Sequence record: NC_070909
DNA from: Escherichia phage Cartapus
Strand: one strand, 5' to 3'
Length of the DNA stretch: 33,368 bases
The notes under the pieces are model-generated. The model had not been told where the DNA came from, did not search any database, and saw only the letters and a program-made list of their open reading frames with translations. The translations under genes and the position numbers were made by a program. This document shows, piece after piece, positions 8,805 to 17,850 of this stretch. How positions within the stretch are numbered: the first letter of the stretch is position 1; each line of letters opens with the position of its first letter.

Positions 8805-9249
8805 ACTGCAGAAGGTGGACGACTGGCTGAGTGCTTTGCTGGCGAATCTGGAACCAGCCGCAAGAAGCCGAATGATGCGCCAGCTGGCGCAGGAACTGCG
8901 CCGGACACAGCAGCAGAATATCAGGATGCAGCGCAATCCAGATGGCAGCAGTTATGAGCCGCGCAGGGTAACAGCACGCAGCAAGAAGGGGCGCATCAAA
9001 CGTCAGATGTTTGCAAAGCTGCGCACCACAAAATACCTGAGAACTGCCGCCAGCGCGGATTCTGCCAGCGTACAGTTTGAAGGTAAGGTACAGCGTATTG
9101 CCCGTGTTCATCACTACGGTCTGCGCGATCGCGTCAGTCCAAAGGGGGGAGTCATTAAGTATCCATCCCGAAAATTGCTGGGTTTAAATGAACATACTGA
9201 AAATGAAGTAAGAGATTTACTTTTAAAGTATTTATTGATGAAAAATTAG
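8797..9249 (+). CDS. S: tail completion protein (P2 gpS-like)
   Basis: 150-aa ORF beginning with GTG; an in-frame stop lies 2 codons upstream, so no earlier start is possible. Synteny with P2 S. Confidence 0.8.
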   Translation: MAELQKVDDWLSALLANLEPAARSRMMRQLAQELRRTQQQNIRMQRNPDGSSYEPRRVTARSKKGRIKRQMFAKLRTTKYLRTAASADSASVQFEGKVQRIARVHHYGLRDRVSPKGGVIKYPSRKLLGLNEHTENEVRDLLLKYLLMKN

Positions 9250-9254
9250 AATGT

Positions 9255-9785
9255 TTACGCTCTTAATAAACTTAAATAACTTTTTATGCTTTGGCAAAAA
9301 GGGAAAAGGTCTATTTTAATTTTCCAGTTTTTTTTGTTTTGAACCCCAGAAGCAATAATAGAACCGTCCCAATATTTTATTCCATTTTTGCCGGTCTTTT
9401 TTGTTAACTCAAAACTTAATGCGTGAATAATTTTATTGCAGCATTCGCGTATAGAATCTTTAACATGACCATCTATAACAAAAAGTATATTTTCATGTTC
9501 TTCAAATGCTTCTTTCTCAGGTGAGTAATCTGGGTTCCACTCATGTTCACTAGTGTCTTGGAGAATTCGTAGTTTTGTACAAAGGCTAATAAGATTGTTG
9601 CTAATGGTATATTCCAACCATCCGTTGTACGATAACTCCTCCATTTCAAATTCAGTTACTATAGAACCATCATATACTTTCTGTGTGGAATATATACGCT
9701 GTAAATAAAATTCAGATGAACAGCATAATTGCTCAATTATTCTTGCGTGTTCTTCTATAGCGTAATAATCAATTGGATGGCTCAT
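9255..9785 (-). CDS. hypothetical accessory protein in the S-V (P2 orf30) moron slot
   Basis: AT-rich ORF opposite to the flanking late genes. Track ORF runs to 9824, but the ATG at 9785 has an AAAGG RBS (176 aa, MSHPIDYY...). No domain recognised. Confidence 0.5.
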   Translation of the reverse strand: MSHPIDYYAIEEHARIIEQLCCSSEFYLQRIYSTQKVYDGSIVTEFEMEELSYNGWLEYTISNNLISLCTKLRILQDTSEHEWNPDYSPEKEAFEEHENILFVIDGHVKDSIRECCNKIIHALSFELTKKTGKNGIKYWDGSIIASGVQNKKNWKIKIDLFPFCQSIKSYLSLLRA

Positions 9786-9816
9786 TCTTTTACCTTTCTT
9801 TGATTGGAATTGTATT

Positions 9817-9834
9817 TGTGTCATTTACCACACA
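9817..9834. promoter_or_regulatory. TGT-N12-ACA dyad (late promoter element upstream of V)
   Basis: tgtGTCATTTACCACaca about 50-60 nt upstream of the V start. Same element type as at 3716 and 15568. Confidence 0.35.
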
Positions 9835-9880
9835 AGGACGTATTGATGCCATAGATTCAAGGTCCGTGCAACCTAACCCT

Positions 9881-10459
9881 ATGAACGCACAACTAACCGA
9901 AATCATGCGCCTTATCACCAACCTGATCCGCACTGGTGTAGTCACCGAAGTGGACCGGGAAAACTGGCTTTGCCGGGTGAAAACGGGCGAGCTTGAAACC
10001 AACTGGATCAGCTGGCTGACGCTGCGTGCCGGGAATGCCCGCACATGGTGGCGACCATCGGAAGGTGAGCAGGTGGTGCTGCTGAGTCTGGGCGGCAATC
10101 TGGAAACTGCCTTTGCGCTGCCCGCTGTCTATTCGAATCAGTTCGCACCACCGTCGACGTCGGCAGACGCCTGCGTGACAGAACATCCTGACGGCGGCTG
10201 GTTTGAATACGAACCCACTACCGGGCGCTGGTATGTCAGGGGCATCAAATCAATGGTCATTGAGGCCGCTGACAACATCACCATGAAAACCAGTGAGTTT
10301 GTACTGGAGGCTGACCGCACGCGCATTAACAGCGAAGTGGTGATCAATGGTGGCGTTACCCAGGGCGGCGGAGCGATGAGTTCTAACGGGATCGTGGTTG
10401 ATGCGCATCAGCATACTGACGTCCTGAAAGGCGGCGACACAACCGGAGGCCCGGTATGA
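9881..10459 (+). CDS. V: baseplate spike/assembly protein (P2 gpV-like)
   Basis: Track ORF 9773-10459. I place the start at the ATG at 9881 (MNAQLTEIMRL...), giving 192 aa. Synteny V-W-J-I. Confidence 0.85.
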   Translation: MNAQLTEIMRLITNLIRTGVVTEVDRENWLCRVKTGELETNWISWLTLRAGNARTWWRPSEGEQVVLLSLGGNLETAFALPAVYSNQFAPPSTSADACVTEHPDGGWFEYEPTTGRWYVRGIKSMVIEAADNITMKTSEFVLEADRTRINSEVVINGGVTQGGGAMSSNGIVVDAHQHTDVLKGGDTTGGPV

Positions 10460-10815
10460 CGCTTTATAGCGGGATGAACAATACCAGCGGTAAAGCCATT
10501 ACTGATATTGATCATCTGCGCCAGTCGGTGCGGGACATTTTGCTGACGCCGCAGGGTAGCCGCATTGCCCGTCGGGAATATGGTTCCCTGCTGTCGGCAC
10601 TGATAGACCAGCCACAAAATCCGGCATTACGCCTGCAGGTCATGTCGGCAGTGTATGTGGCGCTGAGTCGCTGGGAGCCACGGCTGACGCTGGATTCCAT
10701 CACCATTAACAGCAATTTTGACGGTTCAATGGTGGTGGAGCTGACCGGGCGGCGTAATAACGGTGTGCCTGTTTCCCTTTCCGTATCAACAGGAGCAGAG
10801 AATGGCAGTGATTGA
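10456..10815 (+). CDS. W: baseplate wedge protein (P2 gpW-like)
   Basis: 119-aa ORF, GGAGG RBS, overlapping the V stop. Confidence 0.85.
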   Translation: MTLYSGMNNTSGKAITDIDHLRQSVRDILLTPQGSRIARREYGSLLSALIDQPQNPALRLQVMSAVYVALSRWEPRLTLDSITINSNFDGSMVVELTGRRNNGVPVSLSVSTGAENGSD

Positions 10816-11710
10816 CCTTTCGCAGTTGCCTGCGCCGCAGATTGTGGATGTGCCGGACTTTGAGACGCTGCTTGCCGAACGCAAGGCAGAATTTGTGGCG
10901 CTTCATCCGAAAGATGAGCAGGAAGCAGTGATCCGCACGCTGGAACTGGAATCTGAACCCGTCACCAAATTGTTGCAGGAGAATGCTTACCGTGAGTTGC
11001 TTCTGCGCCAGCGCATTAACGAAGCCGCGCAGGCGGTGATGGTGGCTTATGCCATAGGGGGCGATCTGGACCAGCTCGCCGCCAACTACAACGTGAAACG
11101 CCTGACGGTGACGCCTGCTGATAATGACGCTGTGCCGCCCGTTGCAGCTGTGATGGAAAGCGATGAAGCGTTACGCCTGCGTGTGCCTGCAGCCTTTGAA
11201 GGGCTTTCAGTTGCGGGGCCAACTGCAGCTTATGAATTTCATGCCCGAAGCGCCGACGGTCGGGTGGCGGATGCCAGTGCAACCAGCCCGGCACCTGCAG
11301 AGGTGGTGCTGACTGTCCTTAGCCGCGAAGGCGATGGAACTGCAGAAAAAGACCTGCTGGACGTGGTGGAAAAAGCTCTGAACAGTGAGAACGTCCGCCC
11401 GGTGGCTGACCGTCTTACGGTTCGCAGCGCAGAAATCATCCCGTATCGCGTGGAAGCCACCATTTTTCTCTATCCGGGACCGGAAGCAGAGCCGGTAATG
11501 GCAGCGGCAAAAGCCAGTCTGCAGAAGTACATTGCCAGCCAGACGAGGCTTGGTCGGGATATTCGCCGTAGCGCCATCTTTGCTGCTCTGCATGTTGAGG
11601 GTGTTCAACGTGTGGAACTGGCTTCTCCGCTGGCGGATGTGGTCCTGAACAAAACACAGGCGGCATCATGTACGCAGTGGAGCGTAACCAACGGAGGAAC
11701 GGATGAATAG
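10802..11710 (+). CDS. J: baseplate assembly protein (P2 gpJ-like)
   Basis: Start at ATG 10802 (MAVIDLSQLPAPQ...) closely resembles the P2 J N-terminus as recalled. About 302 aa. Confidence 0.9.
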   Translation: MAVIDLSQLPAPQIVDVPDFETLLAERKAEFVALHPKDEQEAVIRTLELESEPVTKLLQENAYRELLLRQRINEAAQAVMVAYAIGGDLDQLAANYNVKRLTVTPADNDAVPPVAAVMESDEALRLRVPAAFEGLSVAGPTAAYEFHARSADGRVADASATSPAPAEVVLTVLSREGDGTAEKDLLDVVEKALNSENVRPVADRLTVRSAEIIPYRVEATIFLYPGPEAEPVMAAAKASLQKYIASQTRLGRDIRRSAIFAALHVEGVQRVELASPLADVVLNKTQAASCTQWSVTNGGTDE

Positions 11711-12308
11711 TCTGCTGCCACCGGGTTCAACTTCACTGGAGCGCCGACTGGCGCAAACCTGTAGCGGGATTTCTGATCTGCAGGTGCCGCTGCGTGACTT
11801 GTGGAATCCGGCTACCTGTCCGGTCAGCTTCCTGCCTTATCTCGCCTGGGCGTTCTCTGTGGATCGCTGGGACGAGGGCTGGACAGAAAGCGTCAAACGC
11901 CAGGTAGTGAAGGATGCTTTTTATATTCATCAGCATAAAGGAACTACCAGTGCCGTGCGGCGGGTGGTGGAACCGTTCGGATTCCTGATCCGCATTATTG
12001 AGTGGTGGCAGACCGGAGAAACACCGGGCACGTTTCGCCTGGATATCGGCGTGCAGGACCAGGGCATCACTGAAGATACCTATCTGGAACTTGAGCGGCT
12101 GATAAGCGATGCCAAACCATGTAGCCGTCACATGATCGGCATGTCCATCAATCTGCAGACCAGCGGTCCGCATTGGGTGGGGGCCGCCAGCTATCTTGGC
12201 GAAGAAATCACGATCTATCCGTATATCAACGAAACAATTATTTCCGGCGGCACCGCGCATGAAGGCGGGGCGGTCCATGTTATTGACACAATGAGAGTGA
12301 ATCCATGA
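11703..12308 (+). CDS. I: baseplate protein (P2 gpI-like)
   Basis: 201-aa ORF, GGAGG RBS, overlapping the J stop and the H start. Confidence 0.85.
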   Translation: MNSLLPPGSTSLERRLAQTCSGISDLQVPLRDLWNPATCPVSFLPYLAWAFSVDRWDEGWTESVKRQVVKDAFYIHQHKGTTSAVRRVVEPFGFLIRIIEWWQTGETPGTFRLDIGVQDQGITEDTYLELERLISDAKPCSRHMIGMSINLQTSGPHWVGAASYLGEEITIYPYINETIISGGTAHEGGAVHVIDTMRVNP

Positions 12309-13726
12309 GCACAAAATTTTATACCCTGCTGACGGATATTGGCGCGGCGAAACTTGCCAGCGCCGCCGCGCTCGGTGTGCCGCTAAAAATTACCCATATG
12401 GCGGTGGGCGATGGCGGCGGAACATTGCCAACGCCGGACGCCAAGCAGACAGCATTGGTAAATGAGAAACGCCGGGCTGCGCTGAATATGCTCTATATCG
12501 ACCCGCAGAACAGCAGCCAGATTATTGCTGAACAGGTGATCCCTGAAAACGAGGGCGGTTGGTGGATACGTGAAGTGGGCCTGTTTGATGAGTCCGGGGC
12601 ATTGATTGCCGTGGGCAACTGCCCGGAAAGCTATAAGCCGCAACTGGCTGAAGGCAGCGGGCGTACCCAGACCGTGCGCATGGTGCTGATTACCAGCAGC
12701 ACGGACAATATCACCCTGAAAATCGACCCTGCCGTAGTGCTGGCAACCCGCAAGTATGTGGATGACAAGGTACTGGAGCTGAAGGTGTACGTGGATGATC
12801 AGATGGCAAAACATCTTGCCGCACCGGACCCGCATTCACAGTATGCACCCAAAGAAAGTCCGACGTTTACCGGGACACCAAAAGCGCCAACTCCAGCGGC
12901 AGGGAATAACACCACGCAGGTTGCGACCACCGCGTTTGTTCAGGCGGCACTGACGGCTCTTATTAATGGTGCGCCAGCCACGCTGGACACGCTGAAAGAA
13001 ATAGCCGCAGCCATTAACAATGATCCGAATTTCAGTACCACCATTAACAATGCGCTGGCACTGAAAGCGCCGTTGTCGAGTCCGGCACTCACCGGAACGC
13101 CAACAGCCCCCACTGCTGCACAGTCGGTCAACAATACACAGATTGCCACCACGGCTTTTGTGAAATCGGCGATTGCAGCAATGGTAGGTTCTGCACCTGC
13201 GGCACTGGATACACTGAACGAACTGGCGTCGGCGTTGGGGAATGATCCGAACTTTGCCACGACAATGCTTAATGCGCTGGCAGGTAAACAACCGCTGGAC
13301 AATACGCTGACTAATTTGAGTGGAAAGGATGTCGCTGGTCTTCTCGCATACCTTGGTTTGGGAGAAGCGGCAAAACGGGACGTGGGAACAGGGGAAAATC
13401 AGATACCGGATATGGTTTCATTTAGTGGTGTGAGGGATTTTTATGGAAAACAACTTTTGCCAGGAGGGTTGATACTCCAGTGGCTGACGATTCCATCAAG
13501 TGCAGCAGTCAAAGCTGTAACACTGGATAATGGTAATTATCAGCTGTCAGGCTATAAATGGCCCCAGTCATTTGGTGTCCTGTTTGCTGTGTTTGCCACA
13601 AAAGTTTCTGGCTCGACTAACGAAGCATACGCAATCTCAGTTAATCGTCACTCTACCGATGTAATTGTCACCTGGAATGCCCGTAAGGCTGATGATGTCC
13701 ATATTTTAGGAATTGGGAAATTATGA
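12305..13726 (+). CDS. H: tail fibre protein (P2 gpH-like) with constant N-terminal part and invertible C-terminal part
   Basis: 473-aa ORF. The 25-bp crossover repeat lies inside it at 13353-13377; the C-terminal 116 aa are encoded inside the invertible segment. Confidence 0.85.
   Translation: MSTKFYTLLTDIGAAKLASAAALGVPLKITHMAVGDGGGTLPTPDAKQTALVNEKRRAALNMLYIDPQNSSQIIAEQVIPENEGGWWIREVGLFDESGALIAVGNCPESYKPQLAEGSGRTQTVRMVLITSSTDNITLKIDPAVVLATRKYVDDKVLELKVYVDDQMAKHLAAPDPHSQYAPKESPTFTGTPKAPTPAAGNNTTQVATTAFVQAALTALINGAPATLDTLKEIAAAINNDPNFSTTINNALALKAPLSSPALTGTPTAPTAAQSVNNTQIATTAFVKSAIAAMVGSAPAALDTLNELASALGNDPNFATTMLNALAGKQPLDNTLTNLSGKDVAGLLAYLGLGEAAKRDVGTGENQIPDMVSFSGVRDFYGKQLLPGGLILQWLTIPSSAAVKAVTLDNGNYQLSGYKWPQSFGVLFAVFATKVSGSTNEAYAISVNRHSTDVIVTWNARKADDVHILGIGKL
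13353..13377. repeat. left 25-bp inverted repeat (recombination site of the tail-fibre inversion module)
   Basis: TTGGTTTGGGAGAAGCGGCAAAACG; its exact reverse complement is at 14862-14886. Confidence 0.8.
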
Positions 13727-14142
13727 AAATGAAATGGTCCCCATCTGTTCAGGGATTTTTCTCTGAAAACAACAGCGATATTCCCGATGATGCTTTCGAT
13801 ATTGAAGATGCTCTTTATTATGAACTTATGAATGGTCAGAGTACGGGGAAAATTATTATCAATAGCCCGGATAACTACCCTGTACTTACTGAATATCCAG
13901 CGAAGACACATGAACAGGAAATAGCTGAAGCGGAGGGAATGAAAAATATACTTATTGAACAGGCCAACGATTATATGAACAGTAAACAATGGCCTGGTAA
14001 AGCGGCTATTGGCCGGCTGAAAGGTGAGGAACTGGCACAATATAATTTGTGGCTGGATTACCTGGACGCACTGGAACTGGTCGATACTTCCGGTGCGCCA
14101 GATATTGAATGGCCTACACCTCCGGTAACTCAGGCCAGCTAA
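13723..14142 (+). CDS. G: tail fibre assembly chaperone (gpG/Tfa-like)
   Basis: 139-aa ORF directly after H, with an acidic N-terminus and conserved-looking C-terminal ...DIEWPTPP. Confidence 0.75.
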   Translation: MKMKWSPSVQGFFSENNSDIPDDAFDIEDALYYELMNGQSTGKIIINSPDNYPVLTEYPAKTHEQEIAEAEGMKNILIEQANDYMNSKQWPGKAAIGRLKGEELAQYNLWLDYLDALELVDTSGAPDIEWPTPPVTQAS

Positions 14143-14509
14143 TCTCAGGAGCCGTCGAAGTGTCGACGGCTTTTACTTCTTTTTTGTAGTCCATCCAGGC
14201 AGATAGTTTTTCTTTATCTGTACTGCTGATATCACCAAGCATTAATTCCACCCGCCAGTCAGCTGTGACATTATCGGCATGAGCAAGTAACTGCATTCGC
14301 TGATTTTCAGCACGTGCGACATAATCAATCGCCGGAGATTTCAGTACCGGTAAACCATTTTCATCTGACGTGATTAATTTCCCCCCTTCCTGCTGTCCGG
14401 CAATTAATTCATTGTATAAGTCTGTACTTATCTCAACAATGTCAGCAGGCATGTCGCTGTTTATACCATCAAAGAAAAAACCATTAGTCGATTTTGAGAA
14501 ATAAATCAT
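14114..14509 (-). CDS. alternative tail fibre assembly chaperone (Tfa-like), inverted orientation
   Basis: Minus-strand ORF with ATG at 14509 (MIYFSKSTNGFFFDG...) ending in ...[10 protein letters not shown], parallel to the plus-strand Tfa. The 3-prime ends of the two Tfa genes overlap by 29 nt. Confidence 0.7.
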   Translation of the reverse strand: MIYFSKSTNGFFFDGINSDMPADIVEISTDLYNELIAGQQEGGKLITSDENGLPVLKSPAIDYVARAENQRMQLLAHADNVTADWRVELMLGDISSTDKEKLSAWMDYKKEVKAVDTSTAPEISWPELPEV

Positions 14510-14517
14510 AGATATAC

Positions 14518-14861
14518 CTATACACCGATTGCTACCCAAAAACAGGACCTTTCATATTTGACAATTTCTCCCTGAGATATACCGCCAACAATTATATAGA
14601 ACTGTGATTTGCTGATATCAGAACAGTTCGCTATGCCCATTGCAGATATACCAGCCACCGACGTTGTATGTGGCACAGCCAACAGCGCAAGTGAACGATT
14701 TGGGAATGTTACCGGGTAAGTCACCGTATAGTTTGATGCTCCACTGACAATACCCCACTGAATAATCAGACCTGAAGGGAGTTTTTGAAAACCCGTTGAT
14801 GAAAGTGAACTGGCAAACGCCGCCATATCCGGAATTTGGTTTTGCTCGTTACCCACATTTC
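14518..14861 (-). CDS. alternative tail-fibre C-terminal segment (no own start; would be fused to constant H after inversion)
   Basis: Minus-strand reading frame open across the right inverted repeat. Encodes ...LGEAAKRNVGNEQNQIPDM..., paralleling the H segment ...[19 protein letters not shown]... Confidence 0.6.
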
Positions 14862-14886
14862 GTTTTGCCGCTTCTCCCAAACCAAC
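14862..14886. repeat. right 25-bp inverted repeat (recombination site)
   Basis: CGTTTTGCCGCTTCTCCCAAACCAA, the exact reverse complement of 13353-13377. Confidence 0.8.
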
Positions 14887-14952
14887 GTTTATGAAAATGC
14901 AGAGATAACGGCTAACTGGCATCATCTCCGGTTTTTATTCAGGGGGATGATC

Positions 14953-15519
14953 ATGCTTATTGGCTATGTACGCGTGTCAACAAATGACCAGAACACCGAT
15001 TTGCAACGTAATGCACTGAACTGCGCGGGATGTGAGCGGATTTTTGAGGATAAAATCAGTGGCACTAAGTCCGACAGACCGGGGCTGAAAAAGCTGCTCA
15101 GGACACTATCGGCAGGAGACACGCTGGTTGTCTGGAAGCTGGACAGGTTGGGGCGCAGTATGCGGCATCTTGTTACGCTGATAGAGGAGTTGCGCCAGCG
15201 TGGTGTGAATTTCCGAAGCCTGACTGACAGTATTGATACCAGTACCCCAATGGGCCGTTTCTTTTTTCATGTCATGGGTGCCCTGGCTGAAATGGAACGC
15301 GAACTGATAGTTGAACGTACCAGGGCAGGGCTGGCTGCAGCTCGTGCCAAAGGCAGAGTAGGTGGACGCCGTCCTAAGTTGACCACCGAACAGTGGGCAC
15401 AGATTGGGCGTTTACTCGAGGCCGGAGAATCAAGACAGCGTATTGCACTGATTTTTGATGTGGGTGTTTCCACAATTTATAGAAAATTTCCGGCAAATAA
15501 GAGTAATGAATCCCCCTGA
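14953..15519 (+). CDS. serine DNA invertase (Gin/Pin/Hin/Cin family)
   Basis: Track ORF 14836-15519. The ATG at 14953 gives MLIGYVRVSTNDQNTDLQRNAL..., close to the Pin/Gin N-terminus with the catalytic Ser in YVRVS. 188 aa, next to the inverted-repeat-bounded segment. Confidence 0.9.
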   Translation: MLIGYVRVSTNDQNTDLQRNALNCAGCERIFEDKISGTKSDRPGLKKLLRTLSAGDTLVVWKLDRLGRSMRHLVTLIEELRQRGVNFRSLTDSIDTSTPMGRFFFHVMGALAEMERELIVERTRAGLAAARAKGRVGGRRPKLTTEQWAQIGRLLEAGESRQRIALIFDVGVSTIYRKFPANKSNESP

Positions 15520-15567
15520 ATCAGCATTATTTTGATTATCCCTGCAAGTAGACAAATACCGTCATTT

Positions 15568-15585
15568 TGTGTGAATAACGGTACA
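15568..15585. promoter_or_regulatory. TGT-N12-ACA dyad (late promoter element upstream of FI)
   Basis: tgtGTGAATAACGGTaca about 75 nt upstream of the FI start. Shares TGTGTG...GGTACA with the site at 3716. Confidence 0.4.
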
Positions 15586-15661
15586 ACTGCGCTTAGCTGT
15601 TTGTCAGGCACAATCACTTCAACATAGGGCGAAGCCTAATCCAATCAGGAGGTTCGCCACT

Positions 15662-16834
15662 ATGGCTCAGGATTACCACCACGGGGTGCGCGTTGTTGAA
15701 GTCAACGAAGGCACCCGATCCATTACCACGGTGAGCACCGCCATCGTGGGCATGGTCTGCACGGGCGATGATGCCGATGCAAAAATGTTTCCTCTTAACA
15801 AACCTGTGCTGATCACTGATGTGCTGACTGCCAGCGGTAAAGCGGGTGAGTCCGGCACGCTGGCCCGTTCGCTGGATGCCATCGCTGACCAGGCAAAACC
15901 CGTGACCGTTGTTGTGCGTGTGCCGCAGGGTGAAACGGAAGAAGAAACCACGACCAATATCATCGGCGCAGTGACTGCTGAAGGTAAAAAAACAGGCATG
16001 AAAGCTCTGTTATCTGCCCAGTCACAGCTCGGCGTTAAACCGCGCATTCTCGGCGTGCCAGGTCACGATAACAAAGCCGTTGCGACTGAGTTGCTGAGCG
16101 TGGCGCAAAGCCTGCGTGGGTTTGCTTACCTGTCAGCGTATGGCTGCAAGACGGTACAGGAGGCGATCACTTACCGTGAAAACTTCAGCCAGCGCGAAGG
16201 AATGCTGATCTGGCCCGACTTTACTGGCTGGGACACGGTGCTGAATGCCGAAGCAACGGCATATGCCACCGCCCGTGCACTTGGTCTGCGTGCCAAAATT
16301 GATGAGCAGACCGGGTGGCACAAAAGCCTGTCCAACGTGGGCGTGAACGGTGTCACCGGAATTTCTGCAGATGTGTTCTGGGATCTGCAGGACCCGGCAA
16401 CCGATGCAGGTCTGCTGAACCAGAACGACGTCACCACGCTTGTGCGTAAAGACGGTTTCCGCTTCTGGGGTTCCCGCTGTCTGAGCGATGATCCGCTTTT
16501 TGCCTTCGAAAACTACACCCGCACGGCGCAGGTGCTGACGGACACAATGGCAGAAGCACACATGTGGGCGGTGGATAAACCGCTTAACCCGTCGCTGGCC
16601 CGCGACATTATCGAAGGTATCCGCGCCAAAATACGCAGCCTGGTCAGTCAGGGCTATCTCATTGGTGGTGATTGCTGGCTGGATGAGTCGGTGAACGACA
16701 AAGACACGCTGAAAGCCGGAAAACTCACCATCGACTATGACTACACGCCAGTGCCGCCACTTGAAAATCTGATGCTGCGCCAGCGCATCACCGATCAGTA
16801 CCTGGTGAATTTCGCCAGCCAGGTCAGCGCGTAA
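15662..16834 (+). CDS. FI: tail sheath protein (P2 gpFI-like)
   Basis: 390-aa ORF with AGGAGG RBS. Size and sequence resemble P2 FI. Confidence 0.9.
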   Translation: MAQDYHHGVRVVEVNEGTRSITTVSTAIVGMVCTGDDADAKMFPLNKPVLITDVLTASGKAGESGTLARSLDAIADQAKPVTVVVRVPQGETEEETTTNIIGAVTAEGKKTGMKALLSAQSQLGVKPRILGVPGHDNKAVATELLSVAQSLRGFAYLSAYGCKTVQEAITYRENFSQREGMLIWPDFTGWDTVLNAEATAYATARALGLRAKIDEQTGWHKSLSNVGVNGVTGISADVFWDLQDPATDAGLLNQNDVTTLVRKDGFRFWGSRCLSDDPLFAFENYTRTAQVLTDTMAEAHMWAVDKPLNPSLARDIIEGIRAKIRSLVSQGYLIGGDCWLDESVNDKDTLKAGKLTIDYDYTPVPPLENLMLRQRITDQYLVNFASQVSA

Positions 16835-16843
16835 GGGGACAAC

Positions 16844-17359
16844 ATGGCTTTACCACGCAAATTAAAACATCTGAACCTGTTTAACGACGGGAACAACTGG
16901 CAGGGGATCGTTGAGTCGCTGACGCTGCCGAAATTCACCCGCAAATATGAGAAGTATCGCGGCGGCGGAATGCCGGGTGCAGTGGATGTGGATCTGGGGC
17001 TTGATGACAGTGCGCTGGACACAGAATTTTCCATTGGTGGTACTGAACTGCTGCTGTTTAAGCAGATGGGCAAAGCCACGGTAGATGGCATTCAGCTGCG
17101 CTTTACCGGCTCTATCCAGCGTGACGATACCGGGGAAGTGCAGGCCGTGGAGCTTGTGGTGCGTGGACGTCACAAAGAAGTGGATTCCGGCGAGTGGAAG
17201 ACGGGCGAAAGCAACACCACCAAAGTGACCAGTACCAACAGCTACGCGAAGCTGACCATCAATGGTGAGGTGCTCTATGAAGTGGACCTTATCAACATGG
17301 TGGAAATTGTGGACGGTGTGGACCTGATGGAAGCGCACCGCAACGCCCTCGGCCTCTGA
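16844..17359 (+). CDS. FII: tail tube protein (P2 gpFII-like)
   Basis: 171-aa ORF immediately after FI. Confidence 0.9.
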   Translation: MALPRKLKHLNLFNDGNNWQGIVESLTLPKFTRKYEKYRGGGMPGAVDVDLGLDDSALDTEFSIGGTELLLFKQMGKATVDGIQLRFTGSIQRDDTGEVQAVELVVRGRHKEVDSGEWKTGESNTTKVTSTNSYAKLTINGEVLYEVDLINMVEIVDGVDLMEAHRNALGL

Positions 17360-17413
17360 TGTATCTGAACGGCGCGGGATACCGCGCCAGAACCCAATTT
17401 ACAGGACAGCAAA

Positions 17414-17716
17414 ATGAGCGATAAGCAGACTGAAAAGACTATTCAACTGGATACCCCCATCAAGCGCGGTAAAACAGAAATCACCGAAATTGTGCTGCGT
17501 AAACCGCAGTCCGGTGCGCTGCGCGGTACACGCCTGCAGGCCATTATGGATATGGATGTGAACGCGATGATGACCGTGATCCCCCGTATCTCCAGTCCGG
17601 CACTGACTGCACAGGAAATTGCAGAGATGGACCCGGCAGATCTCACTGCCATGTCGGTTGAGGTTGTCACTTTTTTGTTGAAGAAGTCGGTGCTTGCCGG
17701 TTTACCGACAGCCTGA
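17414..17716 (+). CDS. E: tail assembly chaperone (P2 gpE-like)
   Basis: 100-aa ORF upstream of the tape measure gene. Contains the slippery heptamer near its 3-prime end. Confidence 0.8.
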   Translation: MSDKQTEKTIQLDTPIKRGKTEITEIVLRKPQSGALRGTRLQAIMDMDVNAMMTVIPRISSPALTAQEIAEMDPADLTAMSVEVVTFLLKKSVLAGLPTA

Positions 17717-17850
17717 CGGTTGACGATCTGGTGGCTGATATCGCCACCATCTTTCACTGGCCGCCATCCGTTACTGACGTTATGCCGCTGACCGAAGTGC
17801 TGGAATGGCGGTATAAAGCGATTCAGAGAAGCGGGGCCAACGATGAGTGA
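17414..17850 (+). CDS. E': tail assembly chaperone E+E' made by programmed -1 ribosomal frameshift at 17671-17677
   Basis: T TTT TTG heptamer at 17671-17677 in the E frame. The -1 frame is open from there to a TGA at 17848-17850 and encodes ...TVDDLVADIATIFHWPPSVTDVMPLTEVLEWRYKAIQRSGANDE, overlapping the T start. Confidence 0.7.
17671..17677 (+). other. slippery heptanucleotide TTTTTTG (-1 frameshift site)
   Basis: Read directly from the sequence. Same heptamer and position as the P2 E/E' frameshift. Confidence 0.7.

Larger units (their letters stand above)
13353..14886. mobile_element. invertible tail-fibre segment (Mu G / P1 C / e14 P-like host-range switch), about 1.5 kb
   Basis: Bounded by 25-bp perfect inverted repeats. 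Contains the variable 3-prime end of H plus a tail-fibre assembly gene on one strand, and a second assembly gene plus a promoterless alternative fibre C-terminus on the other. A serine invertase gene lies immediately adjacent. Confidence 0.75.

Noticed and set aside
14518-14925. Treating the full 135-aa minus-strand ORF as an independent gene
   Set aside because: The ORF runs through the 25-bp recombination site. The part beyond the repeat (14887-14925) is just open frame. The segment is better explained as a promoterless alternative tail-fibre C-terminus used after inversion.
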